Shown here: one piece after another, positions 32,730-42,638 of the stretch | How positions within the stretch are numbered: the stretch's first letter is position 1 | How the letters are laid out: every line of letters starts with the position of its first letter | Assembly: GCA_963756875.1 (NCBI GenBank) | Contig: CAVWPA010000001.1 | Coordinates: forward strand, 64,001 to 128,000 | Direction of reading: 5' to 3' | Origin: an uncultured Verrucomicrobiae bacterium | GTDB taxonomy: Bacteria; Verrucomicrobiota; Verrucomicrobiia; Chthoniobacterales; UBA10450 | Length of the DNA stretch: 64,000 nucleotides | Program-made: the position numbers and the translations under genes | Notes under the pieces: generated by a model | The model's database searches: none | What the model saw: only the letters and a program-made list of their open reading frames with translations | Told to the model about the DNA's origin: nothing

Positions 32730-33341
32730 GTGAATTTCTACTACTGGCTTGGTTACAATCTTTCCCGGCTGATCGGGCGTTTGTGTTTCGGATTCCGAGT
32801 CGTTCACCGCGAGCGCGTCATCCAGAACGGCCCCGTCATTCTGGCGATGAATCACCAGAGTTTCCTCGACCCGCCACTGGCCGGCACGGCCTGCAACCGC
32901 GCAATCTATTTTCTGGCAAAAAAATCGCTGATGGACGTGCCGGTGCTGGGCTGGCTTTTGCCAAAGCTTAACGTCATTCCGGTCAATATCGAAGGTGCCG
33001 ATCGGACCGCGCTGAAGGCGGTGATTCGGGTCCTGCGCGCCGGAGATTGTGCGCTCCTGTTCCCGGAAGGGACGCGCACGCCCGACGGGAATCTGCAGCC
33101 GCCTTTGCCGGGCCTGGGCCTGATCATCGCGAAAACGCTGGCCCCGGTCGTTCCGATGCGAATCTTCGGAGCGTTCGATGCCTGGCCGATTCACGGAAAG
33201 ATTCACTTGTTTCGGCGAATCACTGTCGTCGTTGGCGAACCGCTTGTTTTTAGCGACGCCGAACTCGCTCCGCAGAGAGATCTTTACTCGGGTTTAAGCC
33301 AACGCGTTATGGACGCGATTTCAGCAATCCGCCTCGAATGA
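32730..33341 (+). CDS. plsC: 1-acyl-sn-glycerol-3-phosphate acyltransferase
   Basis: NHQSFLD, FPEGTR. Confidence 0.88.
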   Translation: MNFYYWLGYNLSRLIGRLCFGFRVVHRERVIQNGPVILAMNHQSFLDPPLAGTACNRAIYFLAKKSLMDVPVLGWLLPKLNVIPVNIEGADRTALKAVIRVLRAGDCALLFPEGTRTPDGNLQPPLPGLGLIIAKTLAPVVPMRIFGAFDAWPIHGKIHLFRRITVVVGEPLVFSDAELAPQRDLYSGLSQRVMDAISAIRLE

Positions 33342-33405
33342 GCAGATCTGTTCGGGGATCCGATCTTGCCATTGCGCGGAGGAGATCGGTATCGATATTC
33401 ATGGC

Positions 33406-33606
33406 GTGAACCTGCCGGGAACATCGCCGGAAGAATCCGAACCAGCGCGCGTCTCGAAAAACGTTTTTCGCCTGATGGTCGCAATAGTCGTCGCGCTGGC
33501 GCTGGTCGCGCTTTACGCCAATGTGCAGCGCTGGCGCCACGCCAGGATCGAAACCGTGACATTCACCCCGGCAGCCGTAACCTCTCCTTCGCCTGCGCCC
33601 CCTTAA
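33406..33606 (+). CDS. Small single-TM hypothetical protein
   Basis: 66 aa ORF with one hydrophobic helix, co-oriented with neighbours. Confidence 0.5.
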   Translation: MNLPGTSPEESEPARVSKNVFRLMVAIVVALALVALYANVQRWRHARIETVTFTPAAVTSPSPAPP

Positions 33607-33646
33607 TTTTCGAATAATCAATGCGGACCGCGGTCTAATTGTGTCG

Positions 33647-34174
33647 ATGAAATACATTTTTGGTTTGTCGATTTTTGCCCTGCTCGCGGCTTTGTCCGCG
33701 GGGGCGGCGCCAACACCTTCTTCAACGGCAACGGCGGCTTCTTCGCCAACCCCCGGCGTTTCTCCAGCTGCTGCTCCAAGTCCGGCGGCAACGATCGCGG
33801 CGCCGCGCGTTGGCGGGAAATTGCAATCGATGCGAAAACTGATGCGAGAAGAAGGTAAACAGGTGAAAGAACTTCCGACCTCTGCCGCGACAGAAGCTTC
33901 TCCTTCGGCTTCCGGATCGCCCGGCCCGATATTCCCGCATCCGCGACGGAAAATTAAGGCAGGGTCGCCGGCGCCGGGAACCGGTGCGGGCGCGGATAAA
34001 AAGCAAATGAGCAAACAGATGAAGTCGCAGGCGCACAAATTGCACCCGCGGCGGATCGTTCCGTTGGAGTCACCTGCTTCCGCGACTGCATCGCCTTCGC
34101 CTCAAAAGGGGAAACGCCAGAAAAAGAGCACCAAGGCGGGCGAGAGTCCGACTACTTCTTCGCCATTGCCTTGA
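33647..34174 (+). CDS. Secreted low-complexity (Ser/Pro/Ala/Lys) hypothetical protein
   Basis: Signal peptide MKYIFGL...AGA; disordered composition. Confidence 0.6.
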   Translation: MKYIFGLSIFALLAALSAGAAPTPSSTATAASSPTPGVSPAAAPSPAATIAAPRVGGKLQSMRKLMREEGKQVKELPTSAATEASPSASGSPGPIFPHPRRKIKAGSPAPGTGAGADKKQMSKQMKSQAHKLHPRRIVPLESPASATASPSPQKGKRQKKSTKAGESPTTSSPLP

Positions 34175-34322
34175 AGCCCGTTGAGGCGGGGATCTGATTC
34201 ATCGCTGCGTATTTTTATCGCGTCGCCAGTTGGCGGGCACGTTCCAGCGTATCGATCGAGGCAAAACGCGGCCGCGCAAAATTTCAGACCGCGGATTGCG
34301 CTGATAACTCACAGGTCGACCG

Positions 34323-34362
34323 GATCATGATCAAGAGCAGGAGCATGATTAAGAGCAGGAGG
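34323..34362. repeat. Hexamer tandem array (GATCAW/GAGCAN)
   Basis: GATCATGATCAAGAGCAGGAGCATGATTAAGAGCAGGAG. Confidence 0.65.
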
Positions 34363-34424
34363 AAGCGGTGGCGCCCGGTGGTGGCATTGACAGGGGAACC
34401 AATACCCAGTTTCATAACGTCCCG

Positions 34425-35021
34425 ATGAAGTTCTGTTTTCCCCTGTTCGTTTTGCTTGTCCTCGGTTGCGGCATGGTGCGGGCCGCGCCTCAGCCGAAAT
34501 TGCTGACGAAAGTGACGCCACTGCCGATGGCGCTCGATACGGACTTCGAATTCCGGAAGGTGAAACTGTACTTTCTGGGCGAAAAACCCGAAGCCCTGCC
34601 TACCAGCCAGAAGGGTTTGCGCAACGGCCAGAACGCACAGGGCCAGCCCGGAAGACTTGCCAAGTCGACGAAGACCGCGACCGGGCAGGACGCTTCGATT
34701 TTATTCGAGCGCCAATACCGCCTTTTTGGGGCTGTGACCAAGCTCGATCAACGCCAGCGCTTCGGAAACTATTTCGATTTCTATTGGCGCGCCAAACGTC
34801 CGGCTAACCTGAAAGTGCGGCTGGAATACCGGCAGGAAAAACTGCACGCCCACGTTCAGGCCCAGGAGGCTTCGTATCCCGACGCGCGCGAAAATTACAA
34901 AACGGAATTTAAAGTGGTGGGAGACGATTATCTCGATGACGGGCGCGTGATCGCGTGGCGCTGTGTGTTGATCGAAAACGGCAAAATCGTAGCGGAAAAA
35001 CGGTCCTACCTGTGGGAATGA
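34425..35021 (+). CDS. Secreted hypothetical protein
   Basis: Signal peptide; ordered C-terminal domain (FDFYW, LEYRQ, AWRC). Confidence 0.7.
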   Translation: MKFCFPLFVLLVLGCGMVRAAPQPKLLTKVTPLPMALDTDFEFRKVKLYFLGEKPEALPTSQKGLRNGQNAQGQPGRLAKSTKTATGQDASILFERQYRLFGAVTKLDQRQRFGNYFDFYWRAKRPANLKVRLEYRQEKLHAHVQAQEASYPDARENYKTEFKVVGDDYLDDGRVIAWRCVLIENGKIVAEKRSYLWE

Positions 35022-35046
35022 AGGCGCTCATTATGTGCGGCGCGGT

Positions 35047-35076
35047 TTGACAGGCGGGCTTTCGATCTTGTATCTT
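35047..35076 (+). promoter_or_regulatory. Putative sigma70 promoter of STAS-SpoIIE-grpE unit
   Basis: TTGACA-N18-TATCTT just upstream of GTG 35090. Confidence 0.45.
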
Positions 35077-35089
35077 TGGTAACTCAACC

Positions 35090-35602
35090 GTGCAGTCATC
35101 TATTTTAGTAGGCGTGAACGGTCCGACCGTTTGGATAAAGGTTGAGGGCAAGGGCAGTTTCCTCAACAGCGGGAACTTGAAGGAGTTCGCACGCGAGATG
35201 GTGGATCGTGGGTATCGCGAGTTCGTCATTGACCTCGAGAACTGCGCCATGATGGATTCCACCTTCATGGGGACGATGGCCGGCGTTGCCCTCCGGCTTA
35301 AAGAGCTTGGGCAGGGACATCTTCATGTTATTCATTGCGGCGGACGCAGCCGCGAGCTGCTCTCAGGCCTCGGACTCGACCAGGTTTTCAGTATTCATGT
35401 TGACGGCGCAACCGGTCCGGAATGCAAATCATTCGAGCACGACGCAACCGCTCCGGCAGCCGCAAACAAGACAGAACAGGCGCAGACCATGCTGGAGGCG
35501 CATGAGGCACTTTGCGAAGCCGCGCCGGAGAATATTTTCCGATTCAAAGACGTCCTGGATTATCTAAAACAAGACCTCCATCACGAGACAGTCGAGAAGT
35601 AA
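35090..35602 (+). CDS. STAS-domain anti-sigma factor antagonist (RsbV-like)
   Basis: VIDLENCAMMDSTFMG phosphoacceptor motif. Confidence 0.88.
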   Translation: MQSSILVGVNGPTVWIKVEGKGSFLNSGNLKEFAREMVDRGYREFVIDLENCAMMDSTFMGTMAGVALRLKELGQGHLHVIHCGGRSRELLSGLGLDQVFSIHVDGATGPECKSFEHDATAPAAANKTEQAQTMLEAHEALCEAAPENIFRFKDVLDYLKQDLHHETVEK

Positions 35603-35617
35603 ACTGGCCGATTCATC

Positions 35618-37054
35618 ATGTGGCCTATCGTTCTCTCCGGGCTGCTTGTGGCGTCTCTCGCGGGCTGGATTTATACGGCCTACTGCATGGCTCGCCGCGT
35701 TCGCGCCATCGAACGTTCGAAGGAGGAAATCCAGGTCGAGGAAACGCTCGTTTTCGATTTTTTGCACGGACTGGGCGAAGCGTTCACCGAAACGATTCGG
35801 CCTAACGAGTTACACCGGCTCATCGTCGAGGGGGCGGCGCGTATTCTCGACGCGCATGGCGGCGCGCTTTATCTGGCCGATCGCACCGGCGCGAATCTCG
35901 TGCCGGCCTATCTTTCCAAGAGCTGTCCGCCGCTGGTCGATGTTCCGTTGCACATTTTGCAGCAGGCCGCTTCCACTCCGGTCGCGCTCGAAAGCTATCT
36001 TCACCTGCACAACGTCGTCGCAGGTGAGGGGGCCCTCGGCCGGGTCTGGCAAAACGGTCAGCCGCTTTGTTTGACTGACCTTTCGGAAGCGCCCGAGCTG
36101 GCGAAACTGCGCGATACCGCGCATCGTACCGTTTCGGCCATGATCTCCCAGTTGCTGTACGGAAAACAAAACATGGGCGTCCTCGCGGTCGTTAACGGCG
36201 CCACTGGCACCGCATTCTCCCAGGGCGATTTTGTGGTCTTCAAATCGATCGCCGAGCAATCGGCCTTCGCTCTTTACAACGCCATCATTTATTCCGAGGC
36301 CAACGAGAAAAAACGGCTCGATCACGATCTGGAAATCGCGCGCGATATTCAGCGCGTTCTGCTTCCCGCCGAGGCCCCCAGCGTGAATGGTTTTGAAATC
36401 AGCGGAATTAATTTGTCCGCGCGCCAGGTGGGCGGCGATTATTTCGATTACATCAAAGTGGACGACGAGCGGCTGGGCGTGGCCATCGCCGATGTTTCTG
36501 GCAAAGGCGTGCCGGCCTCGCTGGTGATGGCGATTTGTCGCAGCGTCCTGCGCGCAGAGGCCGCGCACAATCCTTCGCCCGCGAATGTTCTGCAGAAGGT
36601 CAATCGCCAGCTTTATCCCGATATCAAGGAAGACATGTTTATCAGCATGGCTTATCTCGTTCTCGACCACGCCCACGGCGGGGTCACTCTCGCCCGCGCC
36701 GGTCATGACGCGCCGTTTCTTTATAAACACTCGACGCAAACCGTCACGCCGCTCAAACCGCCCGGCATGGTCGTGGGCATTGACAGTGGCAGCGTCTTCG
36801 ACAGGTTAACTGTGGATTTCGCCGTTCCTCTCGAGCGCGACGATTGTCTCCTTCTTTACACCGATGGGATAACCGAAGCACTCAACAGTAATGGCGACGA
36901 ATTTGGCGTTGAGCGGACAACGCAGGCAATTCGCGCCAGCGCGATGAACGGGGCCCAGGCCGTGGTCAAGCGCTTGATTGACGATTTGCGCAACTTCGTC
37001 GGTTCGCATCCGCAAAATGACGACATCACCCTGATCGCCATTCGCAAGACATGA
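35618..37054 (+). CDS. Membrane-anchored GAF + PP2C/SpoIIE phosphatase
   Basis: N-terminal TM, GAF, VGGDYFD, ADVSGKG, YTDG, DDIT. Confidence 0.92.
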   Translation: MWPIVLSGLLVASLAGWIYTAYCMARRVRAIERSKEEIQVEETLVFDFLHGLGEAFTETIRPNELHRLIVEGAARILDAHGGALYLADRTGANLVPAYLSKSCPPLVDVPLHILQQAASTPVALESYLHLHNVVAGEGALGRVWQNGQPLCLTDLSEAPELAKLRDTAHRTVSAMISQLLYGKQNMGVLAVVNGATGTAFSQGDFVVFKSIAEQSAFALYNAIIYSEANEKKRLDHDLEIARDIQRVLLPAEAPSVNGFEISGINLSARQVGGDYFDYIKVDDERLGVAIADVSGKGVPASLVMAICRSVLRAEAAHNPSPANVLQKVNRQLYPDIKEDMFISMAYLVLDHAHGGVTLARAGHDAPFLYKHSTQTVTPLKPPGMVVGIDSGSVFDRLTVDFAVPLERDDCLLLYTDGITEALNSNGDEFGVERTTQAIRASAMNGAQAVVKRLIDDLRNFVGSHPQNDDITLIAIRKT

Positions 37055-37647
37055 AGAAAATTCCAATCAGAGAATCCGAAGAGACAAACGAGTCTGACGA
37101 CGCGAACAAAAAACCGACTCCGGCGTCCGCCGCAGACGGGAGGGCGTCGGACCCTTCGCAAGTGGTTCGCGGCGATGGCGACGGCGACGATCCAATGGCG
37201 GGAGTGCAGGCCGACCTCGATCGCTTTCGCGATCTGGCCATGCGCACCCAGGCCGACTTTCAGAATTACAAGAAACGCTGCGCGCGCGAAAAGGAGGAAG
37301 CGATCAAGTACGCCAACACTTCCCTGCTCGAACGGCTCGTCGCGATTGTCGATAATTTCGAGCTCGGCCTGGAGGCCGCCCGAAGCGAAGGCGAGAAGTC
37401 GCCCATCTTTTCCGGAATGAGCCTGGTGTTCAAACAACTCCAGGACTTTCTGGCCGATAACGGGTTGCAGCCGATCGAGGCGGTCGGCCAAAAATTCGAC
37501 CCGAATCTGCACGAAGCCATCGGCCACGAACCAAGCGACCAGGTTCGGGAGGGAAGCGTGATCCGCCAGAACCGCCGTGGCTATCGTCTCAAAGACCGCT
37601 TGTTGCGGGCGGCAAGCGTCGTGGTTTCATCCGGCCCGGCTAAATAG
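37051..37647 (+). CDS. grpE: Nucleotide exchange factor GrpE
   Basis: ADFQNYKKR, FDPNLHEA, GYRLKDRLLR. Confidence 0.95.
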   Translation: MKKIPIRESEETNESDDANKKPTPASAADGRASDPSQVVRGDGDGDDPMAGVQADLDRFRDLAMRTQADFQNYKKRCAREKEEAIKYANTSLLERLVAIVDNFELGLEAARSEGEKSPIFSGMSLVFKQLQDFLADNGLQPIEAVGQKFDPNLHEAIGHEPSDQVREGSVIRQNRRGYRLKDRLLRAASVVVSSGPAK

Positions 37648-37699
37648 CTGCTACTTTGTTGTTCCGATCGCGGTTAAGGGACCTCCACTGTTAGAGTGT

Positions 37700-37837
37700 C
37701 GATCATGATCACGATCAAGAGATTCCGGGGAGCGCACGCGCCTCGCGTGCTGGTCTCGGCGCCTCGCCGAGACGAACTTTGCTTCGATCACGAGCACGAG
37801 CACGAGCACGAGCATGAGTAAGAGCAAGAGGAAGAGC
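37700..37837. repeat. Hexamer arrays (GATCAY, GAGCAC) enclosing a GC-rich double-hairpin element
   Basis: CGATCATGATCACGATCAA; GCACGCGCCTCGCGTGC and TCTCGGCGCCTCGCCGAGA hairpins; (GAGCAC)n. Confidence 0.7.
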
Positions 37838-37845
37838 TGAGCGAG

Positions 37846-38997
37846 ATGGCGACGAAGAAAAGAGATTATTACGATATTCTCGGGGTTGAGAAACAGGCTT
37901 CCGAAGAGGAGATCAAACGCTCCTATCGCAAGTTGGCGGTGAAGTTTCATCCCGACAAAAACCCGGACGACCCGCACGCGGAAGAGAAATTCAAGGAACT
38001 GGGCGAAGCGTACGACGTCCTGATGGATGGAGACAAACGCGCCGCGTACGATCGGTTCGGCCACGCCGCGTTTGCGCAGGGGGGTGCCGGTTTCGGCGGC
38101 GGTTTTCACGATCCGTTCGATATTTTCCGGGAAGTTTTCAGCGGTGGCGGCGGTGGTGGTATTGGCGGCGGAATTTTCGAGACATTCTTCGGCGGAGGGG
38201 GCGGCATGCGCGGCGAGGACCGGCAGCGCGGCTCGGATCTTCGTTACGACATGCAAATCACGCTCGAGGAAGCGGCTTTCGGCGTGGACAAGGAAATCGA
38301 GGTGCGCAAGCTCGATGCCTGCGACAAGTGCCACGGCTCGGGCGCGGAACCCGGGTCGCGCTCCATCAAGTGTCCCACCTGCGGCGGCCGCGGCCAGGTG
38401 GTTACTTCGCGCGGATTTTTTCACGTTTCGCAAACGTGTCCCCGTTGCCACGGCGTCGGTCACGTGGTGGAAAAACCATGTCGCGCATGCGGCGGCGAAG
38501 GCCGTGTGGAGAAAACGAGCCGCATTAAATTGAAAATTCCTGCCGGAATCGCCGATGGCTCGCGTCTGCGTTCAGCCCGCAACGGAGAAGCTGGCATTCG
38601 CGGCGGTCCACAGGGCGATCTCTACGTCGTTGTCCACTTGAAGGAGCACGAAATTTTCCAGCGTGAAGAGGACAACCTTTATTGTGAAGTGCCGATTCCG
38701 TTCCCGCTCGCGGCCCTCGGCGGCGAAGTGGAAGTGCCGACCTTGGAAGGAAAAGCGCACGTGAAAGTGCCGGCCGGCACCCAGAGCGGCCAGGTGTTTA
38801 AATTGCGCGGAAAGGGAATCGTCCATGTGAACAGCCGCGAGCGTGGCGACCTGTTGGCGCGCCTGATGGTGGAAGTGCCGACGCGACTGAACGCCGGGCA
38901 ACGCCAAAAGCTGGAGGAATTCGCCAGCTCGTGCGGGGAAGAAAACACCCCGATCCGCAAAACATTTTTCGAGCGCGCAAAAGAATTCTTCAAGTGA
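37846..38997 (+). CDS. dnaJ: Chaperone DnaJ
   Basis: HPD J-domain, G/F region, four CxxCxGxG. Confidence 0.97.
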   Translation: MATKKRDYYDILGVEKQASEEEIKRSYRKLAVKFHPDKNPDDPHAEEKFKELGEAYDVLMDGDKRAAYDRFGHAAFAQGGAGFGGGFHDPFDIFREVFSGGGGGGIGGGIFETFFGGGGGMRGEDRQRGSDLRYDMQITLEEAAFGVDKEIEVRKLDACDKCHGSGAEPGSRSIKCPTCGGRGQVVTSRGFFHVSQTCPRCHGVGHVVEKPCRACGGEGRVEKTSRIKLKIPAGIADGSRLRSARNGEAGIRGGPQGDLYVVVHLKEHEIFQREEDNLYCEVPIPFPLAALGGEVEVPTLEGKAHVKVPAGTQSGQVFKLRGKGIVHVNSRERGDLLARLMVEVPTRLNAGQRQKLEEFASSCGEENTPIRKTFFERAKEFFK

Positions 38998-39016
38998 TCC
39001 GCGACCGCGGTCGCGG

Positions 39017-39197
39017 AAGTTCCAAATTCCAAGCACCAACCTCCAAAGAAACAACAAGCACCAAATTTCAAAAGAGGTGATTCGTAGTTGAAGTTTGGGA
39101 TTTGGAGCTTCACTGGGGTTTGGTGCTTGGAACTTGGTGCTTCCGCCGCAGGCGGTTCGTATTTCTTTGGTGCTTGGATGTTGGAGCTTGGAGCTTC
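39017..39197. repeat. Inverted heptamer array (AAGCWCC / GGWGCTT type)
   Basis: Left arm CCAA-periodic, right arm TTGG-periodic with 7-nt period. Confidence 0.8.
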
Positions 39198-39207
39198 TTA
39201 ATTAAGC

Positions 39208-40068
39208 GTGCACCGATTTTACATTTCGCCTGACGAATGGAATCCCGACGCGCTCGTTCTGAGCGGCCCGGAAGCGCACCATGCCCGGGACGTGTTGCGG
39301 ATGAAGCCGGGTGAAAAAGCGGTGCTTTTTAACGGGCGCGGCCACGAAGTCACCGCCGAGTTGCTCGGTTCCGATAACCGGATCCAACGTCACGTTGGCG
39401 AAATCCGGTTTCGCAAACTGCACGAAGCCAGAACGCCGCCGTTGCGTTGCCGCATCACGCTGGGCCAGGCCATTCCCAAAGGAAAAAACATGGACCTGAT
39501 CGTGCAAAAAGCCGTCGAGATCGGCGCGGCCGAGATCGCGCCGCTGATTTCCGAGCGCACGATCGTGGATCTCGATCCGAAGGAAGCCGCTCAAAAGCAA
39601 CTGAAATGGCAACAGGTGGCGATCGAGGCGGCCAAGCAATGCGGGCAAAACTGGCTGCCGCAGGTACAGCGCCCGAAAAAGCTGAAAGATTTCTTCGCCC
39701 AATTCCCTGTAGAGGCAGGCGTGTCGCCTGCGCGTCCTGCAATTTCGCAGCCGACACGGCTGCCGCCACAGAAGAGCGATCCAAATTTCGAGCTTCGCCT
39801 GATCGGCTCGCTCCAATCCGACGCGAAACATCTGAAGAAAGTCCTGGCTGATTATTCAGCTGAAACTGCCAGTCCGGTCGAAGACTCGCCGTGGAGAGCT
39901 CGGACCGTGCTTATGCTGATCGGCCCGGAAGGCGATTTCACGCCGGCCGAGCTAGCCCTGGCCAAAACCAACGGCTGCCGTCCCATCACGCTCGGCCCCA
40001 TCATCCTCCGTGTCGAGACTGCGGCGATCTACTGCCTCAGCGTTTTATCTTATGAATTGCTCGGCTAA
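39208..40068 (+). CDS. rsmE: 16S rRNA m3U1498 methyltransferase, with repeat-derived insertion
   Basis: HARDVLRM, QKAVEIG, AAKQCG, IGPEGDF, LGPIILRVETA. Confidence 0.95.
   Translation: MHRFYISPDEWNPDALVLSGPEAHHARDVLRMKPGEKAVLFNGRGHEVTAELLGSDNRIQRHVGEIRFRKLHEARTPPLRCRITLGQAIPKGKNMDLIVQKAVEIGAAEIAPLISERTIVDLDPKEAAQKQLKWQQVAIEAAKQCGQNWLPQVQRPKKLKDFFAQFPVEAGVSPARPAISQPTRLPPQKSDPNFELRLIGSLQSDAKHLKKVLADYSAETASPVEDSPWRARTVLMLIGPEGDFTPAELALAKTNGCRPITLGPIILRVETAAIYCLSVLSYELLG
39708..39770. repeat. Family-A REP doublet inside rsmE
   Basis: TGTAGAGGCAGGCGTGTCGCCTGC-N15-GCAGCCGACACGGCTGCCGCCACA. Confidence 0.9.
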
Positions 40069-40178
40069 GGGGCGTGGAATGGAGCCGCTGGGGAAGCGGC
40101 GACATAGATTGCAAGACCCGAGGGGCGAGGGTGAGCGAGCGGGAGGCGAGCGAATCAAACTCGCCGCGATTCTGGATT

Positions 40179-40213
40179 CGGCGTTGAGCGTTGGGCGTTG
40201 GACGTTGGACGTT
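40179..40213. repeat. Heptamer array (NNNCGTT)x5, single arm
   Basis: CGGCGTT GAGCGTT GGGCGTT GGACGTT GGACGTT. Confidence 0.75.
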
Positions 40214-40492
40214 GTTTGCCCATTGTCCAAAAAAGTGGGAGGGCCTGAAGCCCCGACTTTCCCTGGTAGGGGACGCGGCTCGCTTCCGCGGCTCGCTTGC
40301 GAAGGCGGGGCGTCAGACTTGCTCGGGCTGTCGAGCCGGGCAGAATTCCGTAGGAATCCCGTCACGGCTGAATGTCAAAGAAAGCCGGGCAAAATACTGC
40401 AGAAAAGGATTGACTTTTTCCGCGGAACTCCTCAACCTCGGAATCTTCACGGGTAAGGGAAAACAACGGAAAACAGTAATAATTGTAAGCTT

Positions 40493-41881
40493 ATGAAATC
40501 TCTGGGAACTCTCATTAAAGGAACTCTCTGGTGCAGCTTGTTAGGCATTTCGCTCATCGCGATCGAAAACGCTCAGGGCGCGGCGCAAACTTGGGGCAAT
40601 ACAGGCACTGACTTCAATGCCTCAGCAAGCTGGAATGCGGGTGCCGGCCCCGCGCCCGATTCCAACGGCGTCGGTCTTTTTACTACCGCGCCGACGATGC
40701 AGCCAAACGTAACCGCGGACCTTACGATCGCGGGACTTCGTTTTTCTGACGGCAGTTCTGGATACGATTTCACAAACTCCGGTGGCGCTGTGCTCACCCT
40801 TAACGGGGTTGATACGACCGGCTCCGGTGGCACTACGACCGCGAGTGCGACTGCTTTCCGCAACGACAATACGAGCGGCACCACTACAGTTGACGCTCCT
40901 TTGAACCTCGCGCCGTCCACAGGTATTTCCACAATCTATCAGGCCTCAGGAGATGGCAGTACATTGATCTTGAATGGCGACATTGGGCAGACCGGCACGG
41001 TGCATTTGAGCCTGAAGAACGGCACGATTCAACTTAACGGCAACAATTCCTTCACTAATGCAAGCATCGATGCGGCTGGCACGACCGTAGTTGTCGGTAA
41101 CAACAACGGTTTGGGTGCAGGTACCTTTACTATTAACAGCACTTCGGCACTCCAGGCGGGCGGTGGAGCGCGCACGCTTCCCAACAGCGTGGTGGTCGGT
41201 GGCACCACCACGATTAGTGGAAGTAATGCCATTACCTTTAACGGTAGTGTTACGAGTTCAGGTTCCAGTAGCCGCACACTGACAGTTAGCAATACCGGTG
41301 GCGTTACATTCGGCGGCACGGTGAATCTTGAAGAATCAGGCGCGCCCGCGGGGCGGGCGTTCACAATTAATGGAACTTCGGCCGTCAACATGAACGGTAC
41401 GGTGCAGGATGGCAGCGCTCAACCAGCCCTGCTGAAATACACCGGCTCAAATACTCTTACGCTCAATAATGCCAACACCTATTCCGGCGGCACCCAGGAG
41501 ACGATCGCCGGTAGCACGATTGTCGCGGCTCACGACGGCGCGCTCGGGACAGGCAACATCAGCCTCACAACTACAGGGGTGACATTGACCCTGCAGGGCG
41601 GTTCGCTCAACGATTACATCAACAACAACGCCATTTTGAGCTTCGTCACCGGGGATACCGTGAATCTTAACTTTAGCGGTGTGGACGTGATTGGTGGTCT
41701 GACCGTGGACGGTGTTATGCAGGGCCCCGGCCTTTACGGTGCGGGTGGCACCAACCCGGACAGCGCGTTTACCGGGAATGGCTTCCTGCAGATTGTTCCC
41801 GAGCCGGGCACATGGCTGCTGCTTTGCCTGGGTGCCGGGTTGCTCGGTGGCGTGCAGAGACTTCGCCGCAAACACGTCTAA
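40493..41881 (+). CDS. PEP-CTERM surface protein with autotransporter-associated beta-strand repeat
   Basis: Signal peptide, G/T/N-rich beta-helix, LTLNNANTYSGGT, C-terminal VPEPGTW-TM-RLRRK. Confidence 0.9.
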   Translation: MKSLGTLIKGTLWCSLLGISLIAIENAQGAAQTWGNTGTDFNASASWNAGAGPAPDSNGVGLFTTAPTMQPNVTADLTIAGLRFSDGSSGYDFTNSGGAVLTLNGVDTTGSGGTTTASATAFRNDNTSGTTTVDAPLNLAPSTGISTIYQASGDGSTLILNGDIGQTGTVHLSLKNGTIQLNGNNSFTNASIDAAGTTVVVGNNNGLGAGTFTINSTSALQAGGGARTLPNSVVVGGTTTISGSNAITFNGSVTSSGSSSRTLTVSNTGGVTFGGTVNLEESGAPAGRAFTINGTSAVNMNGTVQDGSAQPALLKYTGSNTLTLNNANTYSGGTQETIAGSTIVAAHDGALGTGNISLTTTGVTLTLQGGSLNDYINNNAILSFVTGDTVNLNFSGVDVIGGLTVDGVMQGPGLYGAGGTNPDSAFTGNGFLQIVPEPGTWLLLCLGAGLLGGVQRLRRKHV

Positions 41882-41913
41882 GGAATTACCTAAAACTTTC
41901 TCCTTAAGGTCTC

Positions 41914-41951
41914 CCCCGCTACTTGGCAGCAAGTAGCGGGGTTCTTGTTTT
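41914..41951 (+). terminator. Intrinsic terminator
   Basis: CCCCGCTACTTG-GCAG-CAAGTAGCGGGG followed by TTCTTGTTTT. Confidence 0.75.
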
Positions 41952-41979
41952 CCGTCTTCCTCCTTTCTGCCGCTGCCCC

Positions 41980-42042
41980 TGTAGAGGCAGCCGTGTCGGC
42001 TGCAAATCTATGTGAACCGCAGGCGGCACGCCTGCCTCTACA
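41980..42042. repeat. Family-A REP doublet, intergenic
   Basis: TGTAGAGGCAGCCGTGTCGGCTGC-N15-GCAGGCGGCACGCCTGCCTCTACA. Confidence 0.9.
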
Positions 42043-42167
42043 GTTTATGGAACAATTCGTCGGACAGATCGGAGAACACTTACCTGATGGAGCTGTGCAA
42101 TTCGCGCCTCGCCCAACTCTCAACGAAAGGGCCGCTTGCCGGCCCGTTCTCTCAACTCTCAACTTCC

Positions 42168-42638
42168 TCAGTAAATATACGGCCGCGGAAGCTGGAAGGC
42201 GTTCTGGATCAGTTCCAGCTGCGGTTTGGCGCCTTCGGGCATCAGCACTTCCACCACGTCGAACCGGAAGAAAATATCCGGATTATCGAGCAACCGCAGC
42301 CAGGCCAGGCCGCCCTGCGCGATGCGCCGCTGCTGGTCCCGATGCACCGCTGTCAGCGGACGCCCGAAATCCTGGCTGCCACGCGTTTTGACTTCCACGA
42401 ACACCAGCGTGTCTTGGTCGCGGCAAACGATGTCGATCTGGCCGCCGCGCCGCCCGCGAAAATCGCGATAGAGCACCTTGTAACCGTGCCGGCGTAAAAA
42501 GCGGCAGGCCAGTTTTTCGCCGAGCGCGCCACGCCGAATATGCTCAGGCTTAGGCTTGGGCGATTTCTTCGAGCGCCAGAAGCGGTTGCGCCACCGGCTC
42601 AAAAGAGCGGCGATGGATCGGACAGGGCCCGAATTCAT
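42168..42638 (-). CDS. yraN: YraN family (PD-(D/E)xK) protein
   Basis: GALGEKLA, GQIDIV, VFVEVKTR, RFDVV; start uncertain, overlaps rnhB end. Confidence 0.85.
   Translation of the reverse strand: MNSGPVRSIAALLSRWRNRFWRSKKSPKPKPEHIRRGALGEKLACRFLRRHGYKVLYRDFRGRRGGQIDIVCRDQDTLVFVEVKTRGSQDFGRPLTAVHRDQQRRIAQGGLAWLRLLDNPDIFFRFDVVEVLMPEGAKPQLELIQNAFQLPRPYIY

Noticed and set aside
39866..39900. Second possible repeat-derived insert in rsmE (TASPVEDSPWRA)
   Set aside because: Looks foreign, but no second copy was found in this window to support it
41945..42167. ORF containing VEAAVSAA as a fourth coding insertion
   Set aside because: The ORF is spurious (runs antisense into yraN); this copy is treated as intergenic
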